In this document: positions 29,291 through 38,783 of the stretch, in pieces
How positions within the stretch are numbered: the first letter of the stretch is position 1
How the letters are laid out: every line of letters starts with the position of its first letter
Source: an uncultured Gemmatimonadaceae bacterium
GTDB taxonomy: Bacteria; Gemmatimonadota; Gemmatimonadetes; Gemmatimonadales; Gemmatimonadaceae
Length of the DNA stretch: 64,000 nucleotides
Direction of reading: 5' to 3'
Assembly (NCBI GenBank): GCA_963761305.1
Contig: CAVXGK010000002.1
Span: 2,656,001 to 2,720,000, forward strand
Notes under the pieces: generated by a model
Seen by the model: only the letters and a program-made list of their open reading frames with translations
Told to the model about the DNA's origin: nothing
The model's database searches: none
Program-made: the position numbers and the translations under genes

Positions 29291-29913
29291 GCCGCGCGAG
29301 GGACGGGAGTGGAGATGGGGTGCCGAGACCGACTCCCGAGGTGCAGCAACCGGCGCAGGGGGCGGAAACCGCGCTGCGGCGGATCGCGATCTTCGCCGAC
29401 GAGTCGTGCCTGGGCAACGGTCGCGAGGGGAGTAACCCGGGCGGGGCGGCGGGCGTCATCGAGTATGTGAGCCCGTCGGGCCGGCTCTCGCGGCACGACT
29501 ACTGGGTGTCGGAACCGGCCACGACGAACAACCGCATGGCGCTGCGCAGCGCGATCGAGGCGCTGAACGGCATCGCGCGGAAAGGCGCGCGGTTCCGCGT
29601 CGAGTTCACGAGCGACTCGCAGTATCTGATCAAAGGAATGAGTGAGTGGGTGCACGGCTGGATCGCGCGTGGGTGGCGCAAGAAGGACGGCCCGATACTG
29701 AATCTGGAGTTGTGGCAGGATCTGGTCGAAGCGACGCGCGGGCACGTCGTGAGTTGGCGGTGGGTGCGCGGCCACGAAGGACATCCGCAGAACGAATACG
29801 CGAACGACCTCGCCGTGCGCGCCGCGAAGGAGCAGTCGTCGTCGAAGGGTATCGTCGACTCGCACTTCGATGAGTGGCTGGCGGCGGAGAGAGAAAAGGG
29901 ACGAATCAAATGA
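29287..29913 (+). CDS. rnhA: Ribonuclease HI, atypical active site
   Basis: IFADESCLGN, NPGG, TTNNRM, TSDSQY, WIARGW, NLELWQ, WVRGHEGHPQNE. Confidence 0.88.
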   Translation: MSRARDGSGDGVPRPTPEVQQPAQGAETALRRIAIFADESCLGNGREGSNPGGAAGVIEYVSPSGRLSRHDYWVSEPATTNNRMALRSAIEALNGIARKGARFRVEFTSDSQYLIKGMSEWVHGWIARGWRKKDGPILNLELWQDLVEATRGHVVSWRWVRGHEGHPQNEYANDLAVRAAKEQSSSKGIVDSHFDEWLAAEREKGRIK

Positions 29914-30092
29914 AGAAGCTATTGGTGGCACTGATCCTCGGGCTGGCGATGGGGTATCACTGGGGATACGACGAAGGGAGCGACGGCAAGCCGTCGATCG
30001 CGCTTCGCGTGCTCGACAAGTTCGGCGCGTCGAAGCTCAGGAACGCCCAGGAGGCCCAGGACAAGCGCGTCGAGGAAGCCAGCAAGCCTTGA
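29910..30092 (+). CDS. Small membrane/secreted protein (60 aa)
   Basis: ATGA overlap with the rnhA stop. MKKLLVALILGLAMGY hydrophobic N-terminus. Confidence 0.65.
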   Translation: MKKLLVALILGLAMGYHWGYDEGSDGKPSIALRVLDKFGASKLRNAQEAQDKRVEEASKP

Positions 30093-30181
30093 CCCGGAGT
30101 CGGCCCGGTAGTCGATGAACGACCTTGCGCGCTAGGTTGGTGCGAAGGCTCTCCCCTTTTCCGACAGTCGGCACCGAAGAC

Positions 30182-30973
30182 ATGGACAACCTCGATCGGA
30201 TGTACCGCCATCTGGTGAGGGTGGTGCGTTCGCGGTTCCCGCAGCATCTCGTTCAACCGTTCAGCGTCTCCGACCTCAACCAGACGATCCTTCCATATCG
30301 TCTGCACCGGCGAGAGCTCGGCCTCGACACGAACGACGACTACGAGCTCACGCTCACCGAGCTGGTCTCCGGGACGCGGGACTATCTCATCGTCGACGAC
30401 ACGATGCGCGACACACTCGGCGCGGCACTCGCCGAGGTGAATCCGGACCCGTCGGCGTTCAAGAAGTTCGCGTCGTCGATGGTCGCGCTCTCGCCAAGCG
30501 CGCTGCGCAGTCTGGACGTCGGTCTGGACGAAGGGGCGGGCTCGTCCATCCTGCCGGGTGTGCGTTCCGCCGCAATGTCGCCGGCGACGACCGCGGCTGC
30601 CGCGGGAGTCGCCGCGGCAGCCGCGCCGGCAGCCCCGGCTCGAGGCGCCGCTCGGCCTGCACCCTCCGCCCCTGCGCCGGCAGCGGCGCCAAAGGCACCC
30701 AAAGCACCCACGACCCCGGCGACTTCACCCGCTCCAGCGATGCCGACCCCCACGACGACAACAAAAACCAGCGGCGGTGTACGAGTCGTTGTCCCTCAGG
30801 CGGGCGATCGATGTCGATCGTGCAGTGAACCGTTGCCCGCCGGGCGTCCGATCACGTTCTGCCCACACTGCGGCTCGAACGTGACGACGTTGAACTGTCC
30901 AGCGTGTGGCTCGGAGTTGGAACTAGGATGGAAGTTCTGTCCATCGTGCGGGCGGCCGGCCGCGACGCGGTAG
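30182..30973 (+). CDS. Double zinc-ribbon domain protein
   Basis: Globular N-terminal domain, Ala/Pro linker, four C-terminal CxxC pairs (CRSC, CPHC, CPAC, CPSC). Confidence 0.8.
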   Translation: MDNLDRMYRHLVRVVRSRFPQHLVQPFSVSDLNQTILPYRLHRRELGLDTNDDYELTLTELVSGTRDYLIVDDTMRDTLGAALAEVNPDPSAFKKFASSMVALSPSALRSLDVGLDEGAGSSILPGVRSAAMSPATTAAAAGVAAAAAPAAPARGAARPAPSAPAPAAAPKAPKAPTTPATSPAPAMPTPTTTTKTSGGVRVVVPQAGDRCRSCSEPLPAGRPITFCPHCGSNVTTLNCPACGSELELGWKFCPSCGRPAATR

Positions 30974-31014
30974 CGCCGCCACAACGGAAGAAGGTTGTCC
31001 GCCGGCGCGCCGCG

Positions 31015-32136
31015 TTGCGCGTCGCAGGTTCGCTCGCGGCGTTCATCCTCGTCGCGACGGCGTGCATGACTCCCGCCGGACGCACTTCGGGTGCGCGCCG
31101 GGTGTCGCCGAGAAACCGAAGTCGCGCCTCGACGCAGCCGGCGCAGCTTCAGCAGCGCGGTTGGCGCGTCTCGACCGGCGAACACATCGATTTGTGGCTG
31201 CACGGCTTCGCGCTGCTGACGAGCGACACGGGGCGCGTACCGTTCTTCGCGCGCGGGTACAAGCAAGAGATCACGGCGATCAAGCGACAGAAGAACGCGT
31301 ATTCGCTGCTCGACGCCAACCAACCGGAGCTGTCGGCTCGCTTCGCGACGAATCCCGAGCTCGCCAACGCGCAGTTCCTGGCGATGTACTTCACGACCTT
31401 TCCGGAGATCGTGAGCGCGACGGACTACTTCATTCGCTCCGGCGGCAACCCGCGCTCGGCCGCCGATCCGAGAATTCAGCAGGAGATCGCTCTCCTCGCC
31501 GCGAACTTTCGCACCGACGCCGACCGCAAGTGGCTTCGACTGTTCGTGCAGAGCCTGGATGATGAGAGCAAGAAGTTCTATCACGACTACTGGATGGGCG
31601 AGCAGCAGACACGCGGCGCGGCGCTCGCCCAGGTCGTGCAGCAGTGGACCAACACGTACTACCCGAAGCTTTCGCGTTTCCTGAACAACACACAGCAAGC
31701 GTCCGGCGAAATCATCCTCTCGCTGCCGTTGGGCGGCGAAGGGCGCACGGTGAACAACGGGAAGCAGTCGAACACCGTGGCCGTCGAATTCCCGAAGACG
31801 GCAGCCGACGCGCCCAACGCGCTGTTCGCGTTCGTTCACGAGGCCGTGGCGACGATCGTCGACGGCGTGATTCGCGACAACACGACGCCGGCCGAGCAGC
31901 GTTCCGGCGTGACGTCGGGCTACGTGGGGAACGGCGCCGTCCGCGGCGGAGCCTTGCTGCTGCAACACATCGCGCCCGAGTTGGTGCCGGCCTACATGCG
32001 ATACTATCTCGCCACCGCGGGTCTGGCCGGCATCGCCGGCGACCCCGCGACGACGTTCGCCAACACCTTCCCGCTGCCACAATCGGTCCTCGACGGCATC
32101 TCCCGGCAGATCGACGTCGTGCTCGGCGGCATCTGA
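31015..32136 (+). CDS. Hypothetical lipoprotein
   Basis: LAAFILVATAC lipobox-like segment; long ORF with typical codon usage. Start uncertain. Confidence 0.65.
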   Translation: MRVAGSLAAFILVATACMTPAGRTSGARRVSPRNRSRASTQPAQLQQRGWRVSTGEHIDLWLHGFALLTSDTGRVPFFARGYKQEITAIKRQKNAYSLLDANQPELSARFATNPELANAQFLAMYFTTFPEIVSATDYFIRSGGNPRSAADPRIQQEIALLAANFRTDADRKWLRLFVQSLDDESKKFYHDYWMGEQQTRGAALAQVVQQWTNTYYPKLSRFLNNTQQASGEIILSLPLGGEGRTVNNGKQSNTVAVEFPKTAADAPNALFAFVHEAVATIVDGVIRDNTTPAEQRSGVTSGYVGNGAVRGGALLLQHIAPELVPAYMRYYLATAGLAGIAGDPATTFANTFPLPQSVLDGISRQIDVVLGGI

Positions 32137-32193
32137 GTCGTGGGCTTCTTCCCCCGCTTCGCCGAGCGTCGTAGTCGGCAATCCGAGAGCCGC

Positions 32194-32330
32194 GGGGGTA
32201 CAAGACACAACGGATTGAACGGAAACAAACTGATCAACAACTCGGGGAACTGCGCGACTCGCTTGGTTGCGCAGTTCCCTTTTGACTTCTCCGTTCTTGT
32301 CAGTTCGATCCGTCTGTGTCCTGTTCCCCC
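32194..32330. repeat. Long imperfect intergenic palindrome with 9-mer sub-repeats (possible ncRNA or REP-like element)
   Basis: GGGGGTACAAGACACAACGGATTGAAC pairs with GTTCGATCCGTCTGTGTCCTGTTCCCCC. Inner stem GGGAACTGCGCGAC / GTTGCGCAGTTCCC. Confidence 0.7.
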
Positions 32331-32453
32331 TGGTTATCCCGCCCGCGGCGGGAGGAACCTTCGGCGCCGACCGCCTGTTGTGGTATCTGAAACAGTCGAG
32401 CGGGTTGGCCGGTAGAGCTGGATCATGACTCTGAAACATCGGTAACTTTCGGC

Positions 32454-33302
32454 ATGCCAGACGCACCGGCACCCCGCCCCCCTGCCCCTCAGCAACGCAT
32501 CGACCGCGGCGCGCTCGAGCGCGTGCTCGCGCGCGCGGCTGAGCTTCAGGGACGCTCGGCGGACAGCGACCCGAGCGAGGAATTCACCGAAGAGCAGTTG
32601 ATCGACCTCGGCAAAGAGGTCGGGCTCAATGCGCAGAATCTGCGGCAGGCGCTCGCCGAGGAGCGTACTCGGTCGGTGCTCCCCGAAGAGGAGCATGGAC
32701 TCATCGCGCGGATCGTCGGCGCGTCGCGTGTGGCGGCGTCGCGGACGGTGGATGGAAAGCCGGCTGACGTGCTCCGCAACATCGACGCGTGGATGCAGCG
32801 CGAAGAGCTCCTGATCGTGAAGCGGCATCACGGTGATCGCATCGTCTGGGAACCGCGCCGCGACTTCTTCGTCGGCTTGAAGCGCGCGCTCAAGGCGGGC
32901 GGTCGCGACTACGCGTTGTCGCGCGCGTTCGAGGTGGCGGCCACGGCGATTGCCGTCGACGAAGCCAGAACGCACGTCGCGCTCGACGCCGATTTTCGCA
33001 CGCACCGTTCAGTAGCCGTCGGACAGATCGGCGCGAGCTCGTTCTTCGGCGTCGCGGCCACGGCGTCGCTGTTGGTGATGCACGTGTTCCCGCCGCTCGC
33101 GATCGTGCCGGTCGTCGTCGCGCCGGTGATGGGCGTGGCCGGCGCGCGGTCCGCGCACAACCGGGTGTTGCCGCGCGCGCAGCTCGCGCTCGAGCAACTG
33201 CTCGACCGGCTCGAGCGGGGCGAACCCGGACGACGCGGCGCGGATGCGCTGTTCGGTGCGATCGTCGCCGCGGCGACGGCACTGCCGAACCGCAGGATCT
33301 GA
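32454..33302 (+). CDS. Conserved hypothetical membrane protein
   Basis: N-terminal ERVLARAAELQ...LIDLGKEVGL helical motif; two C-terminal hydrophobic segments. Confidence 0.7.
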   Translation: MPDAPAPRPPAPQQRIDRGALERVLARAAELQGRSADSDPSEEFTEEQLIDLGKEVGLNAQNLRQALAEERTRSVLPEEEHGLIARIVGASRVAASRTVDGKPADVLRNIDAWMQREELLIVKRHHGDRIVWEPRRDFFVGLKRALKAGGRDYALSRAFEVAATAIAVDEARTHVALDADFRTHRSVAVGQIGASSFFGVAATASLLVMHVFPPLAIVPVVVAPVMGVAGARSAHNRVLPRAQLALEQLLDRLERGEPGRRGADALFGAIVAAATALPNRRI

Positions 33303-33331
33303 TTTCCGCGCCGGGCACGGTACCGGCAGCC

Positions 33332-34957
33332 ATGCAACCACCGAACGGCTTCCGCGGCGTCTTCCGAAGCGACGACGACGCGCGAGGAGTCTACGCCGAG
33401 GCCGCCGGCATCGCCCGCAGCGTGCCGTTGGCCGTCGCCGTACCGCGTGACGCCGACGATCTCTCGCTGCTCGTGCGTTGGGCGCGCGAACACGCGGTAC
33501 CGCTGATCGCGCGCGGTTCCGGGAGCAGCATGCCGGGCGGCGCGATCGGAAGCGGCGTCGTCGTCGACGTCAGTCGATGGCGTTCGATGTCGGCGGTGAA
33601 TGCGGATGCGCGAACGATCAACGTCGAGCCGGGCGTGCTGCGCGGCGAAGTCGACGCCGCGGCACGATCTCAGAGTTTGCGATTCCCGGTCGATCCGTCG
33701 AGCGGCGCTTTTTGTACAATCGGCGGCATGACGGCGACGAACGCGGCCGGACCGCACTCGATGCATTTCGGCTCGATGCGACCCTGGGTTCGTGCGCTCG
33801 ACTGCGTGTTCGACGACGGTTCGCGTGCCGAAGTGCGGCGCGGAGCACCGTGGCCGACGGACGTTCCAGCAATCGCGCGCTTCGCCACCATCGCCGATCG
33901 ACTCGGGTCGGCTGAGCGCGCCGCGCCATCGATTCACAGTGGCGTGGCGAAGGATTCGTCGGGATACGGCATCGCGCGTTTCGCCGAAACGGGTGATCTG
34001 GTCGATCTGCTCGTCGGCAGCGAAGGGACGCTCGCCTTCTTCGCTCGCGTCGAGTTGTCGCTCACGCCGATCGCCGGTGCGACCAGCAGTGTGCTCGGCA
34101 CGTTCGCGTCTCTCGACGATGCCGTCACCGCCGCCGTGCGCGCGCGTGAGGCCGGCGCCGTCGCGTGCGAGCTGCTCGACCGCACGTTTCTCGACGTCGT
34201 CGCGTCCGGCGGCGGGTCGAGCGACGTTCCAGCCGGCACGGAAGCCGCCCTCTTGGCGGAAGTCGAAGGCGACAATGCCGAAACGGCGGGAAACGCGGCG
34301 CGAGACGTCGAGCGACTGTTCCGAGAATCGGGTGCGACCGTCGTACGAGTCGCGCTCGACCGTCCGACCGAAACCGAATTGTGGGAGTTGCGGCACGCCG
34401 CGAGCCCGATTCTCAACCGACTCGATCCCGATCTGAAGTCGATGCAGTTCATCGAGGATTGCGCCGTGCCGCCCGACGCGCTTCCTGCTTATGTGCGCGG
34501 CGTGCGTCGAATCCTCGCCGCGAACGACACGCGCGTGGTGATCTTCGGGCACGCCGGCGACGCGCACGTGCACGTGAATCCGCTCGTGGACGTGCGACGG
34601 GCCGATTGGCGAGCGCGGGTGACGCGAATTCTCGATGAAGTCACCGCATTGACCGCGTCGCTCGGGGGAACGCTCACCGGAGAACACGGCGACGGCCGGC
34701 TGCGGACGCCATTGCTTCCGCGAGTCTGGTCGGAGTCGGCGCGCGAGCACTTCGCCGAGGTCAAGCACGCGTTCGATCCCACGAACATGCTGAACCCGGG
34801 CGTGAAGGTGGCTGTCGCCGGTGAGTCGCCGCTCGGCGACATCAAGTACGATCGCGGCCTCGCACCGCTCACTCGGCGCGCGCGCGCCGCGCTCGATCAG
34901 GTCGAAGGGCGGCGGGCGTACGCGCGATCGCGTCTCGATCTTCTGGACGGCGCGTAG
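33332..34957 (+). CDS. FAD-linked oxidoreductase (GlcD / D-2-hydroxyacid dehydrogenase family)
   Basis: ARGSGSS, DPSSGAFCTIGGM, GSEGTL, FGHAGDAHVH, GEHGDG, FDP..LNPG. Confidence 0.9.
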   Translation: MQPPNGFRGVFRSDDDARGVYAEAAGIARSVPLAVAVPRDADDLSLLVRWAREHAVPLIARGSGSSMPGGAIGSGVVVDVSRWRSMSAVNADARTINVEPGVLRGEVDAAARSQSLRFPVDPSSGAFCTIGGMTATNAAGPHSMHFGSMRPWVRALDCVFDDGSRAEVRRGAPWPTDVPAIARFATIADRLGSAERAAPSIHSGVAKDSSGYGIARFAETGDLVDLLVGSEGTLAFFARVELSLTPIAGATSSVLGTFASLDDAVTAAVRAREAGAVACELLDRTFLDVVASGGGSSDVPAGTEAALLAEVEGDNAETAGNAARDVERLFRESGATVVRVALDRPTETELWELRHAASPILNRLDPDLKSMQFIEDCAVPPDALPAYVRGVRRILAANDTRVVIFGHAGDAHVHVNPLVDVRRADWRARVTRILDEVTALTASLGGTLTGEHGDGRLRTPLLPRVWSESAREHFAEVKHAFDPTNMLNPGVKVAVAGESPLGDIKYDRGLAPLTRRARAALDQVEGRRAYARSRLDLLDGA

Positions 34958-35020
34958 GACTCACGCGGCGAAGTCGCGGCTTGTTTCGAGCGACGCGAGC
35001 CCGTTGATTTCCGGCTCATC

Positions 35021-35779
35021 ATGTCGACTCGCTACTACGTCGAGCCCGTAGTCACGCTCCTCGCGCGTCCGGCCTTCACCACGCCGGCGCATCTTCCCGT
35101 GAACTGGATCGGCGACAGTACGGGCGGAGAACAGCTCGCCGAGTTCGCCGGGCGGCTCTGTTACATGAGCCAACACAATCCGGCCAAGCGAGAGACGCGC
35201 GAGTACCTCGAGAACATCAAGAAGCAGGGACACGGGAGCGTCCTCGAGCACGCGAACTACTCGATTCTCCTCGAGGGCGTGAGCCGTTCGCTCACCCACG
35301 AGCTGGTGCGCCATCGCGCCGGATTCGCCTACTCGCAGCTCTCGCAGCGGTACGTGGACGAGTCGGAAGCGAACTTCGTGTTGCCGCCGGCGATCATCGG
35401 GGACGAGGCGCTGGAGGGCGCGTGGCGGGCGCAGATGGATGGCGCGCAGAAGCAATACGTCGCGCTCGTCGCCGATCTGATGGAGCGATACGGCTGGGTC
35501 GCCGACAAGGTGCACCGTCGCAAAATGGCGCGTGAAGCGGCGCGCTCGGTGCTGCCCAACGCGACGGAAACGAAGATCGTCGTCACCGGAAACGCACGCG
35601 CGTGGCGCACGATGCTCGAGCTGCGGTCGAGTGAAGGCGCCGAGTTGGAGATTCGCCGGTGCGCCGTCACCCTGCTGCGATTGCTGCGGACCGAAGCGCC
35701 CGGATTCTTCTCCGATTTCGAGATCTACGTCGCCGACGATCGGCGAGAAGCGGCGCGAATCGGGTATCACAAGGTCTGA
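35021..35779 (+). CDS. thyX: FAD-dependent thymidylate synthase
   Basis: GHGSVLEH, ThyX motif RHRAGFAYSQLSQRY, EAARSVLPN, ELEIR. Confidence 0.96.
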   Translation: MSTRYYVEPVVTLLARPAFTTPAHLPVNWIGDSTGGEQLAEFAGRLCYMSQHNPAKRETREYLENIKKQGHGSVLEHANYSILLEGVSRSLTHELVRHRAGFAYSQLSQRYVDESEANFVLPPAIIGDEALEGAWRAQMDGAQKQYVALVADLMERYGWVADKVHRRKMAREAARSVLPNATETKIVVTGNARAWRTMLELRSSEGAELEIRRCAVTLLRLLRTEAPGFFSDFEIYVADDRREAARIGYHKV

Positions 35780-35794
35780 TCTCGAAGAAAATCA

Positions 35795-35823
35795 TTGCGC
35801 GAAAAAAAATGTGTTCCTATTTT
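35795..35823 (+). promoter_or_regulatory. Candidate sigma-70 promoter of the ATP-grasp/KamA operon
   Basis: TTGCGC-17 nt-TATTTT in a conspicuously A/T-rich patch about 130 nt upstream of 35953. Confidence 0.55.
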
Positions 35824-35952
35824 CATTGTCGAGGAATCGTCGGCATTCGTTTTGCGCCCTCGCGTCGGTCGATGAACTGAACACACACGACGCACTTCTC
35901 GCCGGTCGAGAGTCTGGTAGCGGGACGCCAGAGGACGACAACCAGGGACGGG

Positions 35953-37119
35953 ATGACGCGCATCGGGTTCGCGTACAACCAAAAACCTGAGAAGGCAACT
36001 GTGGGAGGAAGGATCGCCGGCACGGCTCGTCACGAGTCGCGCTCGGGCGACGACCCTCCCAGTCCCATTTCCGCACACGATGACGTCTATGCGGAATGGG
36101 ACTCCGCAGAGACCATCGACGCCGTCGCCGCCGCCCTCTCTCCATTTGGCGACGTGATCCGCATCGAGGCGAACGACGACCTCCCTCTCCGCCTTCGCAC
36201 CGAACGCCCCGACATCGTCTTCAACATCGCGGAGGGACTCTACGGTCCCAACCGCGAAGCGCACGTCCCCGCGATCTGCGAGTTCTACGGCATTCCCTAC
36301 TCGGGCAGCGATCCGTTCACGCTGTCGCTCTGCCTGCACAAGGCGCGGACGAAGGATCTGCTCCGCGCGCACGGCGTCCCCACGGCGCCCTTCGTCCTCG
36401 TCGAATCGGAAAGCGACATCGCATCCCTGCTTTCCAATGAGTCGGCGTTGGCACCTAGACCCACCTTCAGCGCGCCGATCTTCGTCAAACCGGTCCAGGA
36501 GGGTTCGTCGAAAGGAATCACCGAACGGAACTTCGTCCGGTCGCGCGCCGAGCTCGAAGCGACGGTGCGATTCCTCCTCGCGACCTACCAGCAACCGGTC
36601 ATCGCCGAGGCATTTCTGCCCGGCGCTGAATTCACGTGCGGCGTTCTCGGCAACGGCCGATCGGCGCGCGTGCTGCCGCTGGTCGGGATGAACTTCGCCT
36701 CCCTGCCCTCCGGGGCGCTCCCCATCTATGGATACGAGGCGAAGTGGGTGTGGGACTCGATCGAGCGTCCGCTGGACATCTTCGAGTGTCCGGCGCGGGT
36801 CGACCTGCGCCTGCAGCACGCCATCGACGAGGTCGTGCTGCACGCCTACCGGGTCCTCGGCTGCCGCGATTGGTCGCGCATCGACGTCCGACTCGACGAG
36901 CACGGCGCTCCGAACATCGTCGAAGTGAATCCGCTCCCCGGCATCCTGCCCAATCCCGCCGACAACTCGTGCCTGCCCAAGGCGGCGCGCGCGGCGGGGA
37001 TGAGCTATGACGCGCTCATTCAAAGCGCGCTGCTCGCCGCGGCAGGCCGGACCGGCGTCCACCTCGACGCAGCGTCGTTGGTCCGGACGACGATGCGAAC
37101 CGCAACCCTGGTCGCATGA
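35953..37119 (+). CDS. Ddl-like ATP-grasp ligase (1)
   Basis: FNIAEG, YSGSD...LHK, VKPVQEGSSKGI, YGYEAKW, RIDVRLD, EVNPLPG. Confidence 0.88.
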   Translation: MTRIGFAYNQKPEKATVGGRIAGTARHESRSGDDPPSPISAHDDVYAEWDSAETIDAVAAALSPFGDVIRIEANDDLPLRLRTERPDIVFNIAEGLYGPNREAHVPAICEFYGIPYSGSDPFTLSLCLHKARTKDLLRAHGVPTAPFVLVESESDIASLLSNESALAPRPTFSAPIFVKPVQEGSSKGITERNFVRSRAELEATVRFLLATYQQPVIAEAFLPGAEFTCGVLGNGRSARVLPLVGMNFASLPSGALPIYGYEAKWVWDSIERPLDIFECPARVDLRLQHAIDEVVLHAYRVLGCRDWSRIDVRLDEHGAPNIVEVNPLPGILPNPADNSCLPKAARAAGMSYDALIQSALLAAAGRTGVHLDAASLVRTTMRTATLVA

Positions 37120-38198
37120 AAGTCGCCCTCCTCCTCGACGGTGCATCGGCGTACGCGGCCAATCCTGACCGGCTGATCATCGGCACCGCCGAGGACATCG
37201 AGCGATCGCTCGTGGCCGAGGGCAACACCGTCACCTGGATTCCGGTCTACCAGGACGGCAAGTGGATCGACAAGGTGCGGCGCGGCAAGTTCGACCTCGC
37301 CTTCAACATGTGCGAAGGGATCGACGGGATCGCGACGCTCGAGTCGTCGGTGATCTCGGTGCTCGAGCTGTTCAAGGTGCCGTTCACCGGCGCGTCGAGC
37401 TACACGACGTCGATCTGCCTCCGCAAACCGGTCATCAACGCGATTCTGGAGAAGGCGGGGCTGCCGATTCCCAGGTTTGCCACGCTTCAGCGCGGCGATC
37501 CGCTCGTCAGCGTCGGATTCCCGGCCATCGTCAAGCCGGCGGCCGAAGACGCGTCGCTCGGCGTCGAACAGCGGTCGGTCGTGCGAAACAACCGGCAGCT
37601 CGCCGAGCGCGTCGAAGCGATGCTCGAGCTGTGGAGCGAGGTCATCGTCCAGCGATACGTCGACGGGCGCGAGGTGAACGTCGGCATTCTTGGCGATACG
37701 GTGCTGCCGATCTCGGAGATCGACTTCAAGAAGACGCCGGCCGGCCGCTGGCGCATCGTGACGTACAAATCGAAGTGGGTCACGGGGAGCGAGGACGACC
37801 TGTCGGCCATCCCGCGGTGCCCGGCGAAGTTGCCGGCCAAGGTCGCGAACGAGATTCGGCGAGTGGCGGGCGCAGCGTGGAAGCTGGTGGGCGGGTTCGG
37901 GTATGGACGCGTCGACATGCGCATCGACGGCGAGGGGCGCCCGTGGATCCTCGAGGTGAACGCGAACCCCGACATCATGCACAACGCCGGGTTCGCGACG
38001 ATGGCGCAGGTCGCTGGCATGGAATACGCCGCGCTCATCCGAAACATCTGCGAGTTGGGGCTAGAGCGTTCACGGGCGAAGGTCGCGCAGGAAAATTGGG
38101 CGCTGGTCAACCAGTTGTCGGGGCTCGAGCCGGAACCGACCGAGTTGGATCTCTTCGGCGACGTCGGCTCGGCATTCGTCGCGCCCGAGCCGACTTGA
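37116..38198 (+). CDS. Ddl-like ATP-grasp ligase (2)
   Basis: FNMCEG, PFTGA, VKPAAEDASLG, TYKSKW, GRVDMR, EVNANPD. ATGA overlap with ligase 1. Confidence 0.88.
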   Translation: MKVALLLDGASAYAANPDRLIIGTAEDIERSLVAEGNTVTWIPVYQDGKWIDKVRRGKFDLAFNMCEGIDGIATLESSVISVLELFKVPFTGASSYTTSICLRKPVINAILEKAGLPIPRFATLQRGDPLVSVGFPAIVKPAAEDASLGVEQRSVVRNNRQLAERVEAMLELWSEVIVQRYVDGREVNVGILGDTVLPISEIDFKKTPAGRWRIVTYKSKWVTGSEDDLSAIPRCPAKLPAKVANEIRRVAGAAWKLVGGFGYGRVDMRIDGEGRPWILEVNANPDIMHNAGFATMAQVAGMEYAALIRNICELGLERSRAKVAQENWALVNQLSGLEPEPTELDLFGDVGSAFVAPEPT

Positions 38199-38201
38199 CG
38201 C

Positions 38202-38783
38202 ATGCAAGTCAGACTTGGGGCCCTGCAACGGGGACATCGCACTCGTATTCGGGAGATTCTCGACGCGACGTCGGTGTTTCGTGAGGACGAAGTCGCCGTG
38301 GCGCTGGAGTTGTTCGACGAAACGTTCGCTGCGGGAGCGGGGCGCGCTCCGTACGATCCGGGCGACGGCGTCGCCGACTACGAATTCGTCGGATCGTTCG
38401 CGCCGGATGGACAGCTCATCGGCTATGTGTGCTACGGATCGACGCCGGGAACGGATCGCACGTACGACCTCTATTGGATCGCGATGCACCCGGATTTTCA
38501 GGGAACGGGCGCCGGATCTCAGTTACTCGACGAAGTGGAACGCCGTCTTCGTCAACGGGAAGCGCGATTGTTGGTCGTCGAGACGTCGTCCCGCGACGAC
38601 TATGCGCCTACTCGCCGCTTTTATGAGGTGCACGGTTACACGGTGGTCGCGGCGATCACCGACTTCTACGCACCGGGCGATTCGCGCGTGATCTACACGA
38701 AGCGTCTCGCTCAACGGCAGCACGAAGGAGAAGGAGCAGTGCACTTTCACGACCGAGCCTTGGAGTCGTCCCGCAATGAGTGA
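38202..38783 (+). CDS. GNAT N-acetyltransferase
   Basis: LYWIAMHPDFQGTGAGSQLL (motif A), VETSS, RRFYEVHGY, DFYAPG. Confidence 0.9.
   Translation: MQVRLGALQRGHRTRIREILDATSVFREDEVAVALELFDETFAAGAGRAPYDPGDGVADYEFVGSFAPDGQLIGYVCYGSTPGTDRTYDLYWIAMHPDFQGTGAGSQLLDEVERRLRQREARLLVVETSSRDDYAPTRRFYEVHGYTVVAAITDFYAPGDSRVIYTKRLAQRQHEGEGAVHFHDRALESSRNE

Noticed and set aside
35824..35952. Riboswitch in the leader of the ATP-grasp/KamA operon
   Set aside because: I could not match lysine, c-di-AMP, SAM or other known aptamer cores; an Rfam search would be needed.
35953..38198. Housekeeping ddl or van-type resistance ligase
   Set aside because: Ddl N-terminal motifs are absent, and there is no dcw cluster or vanH/vanX context.
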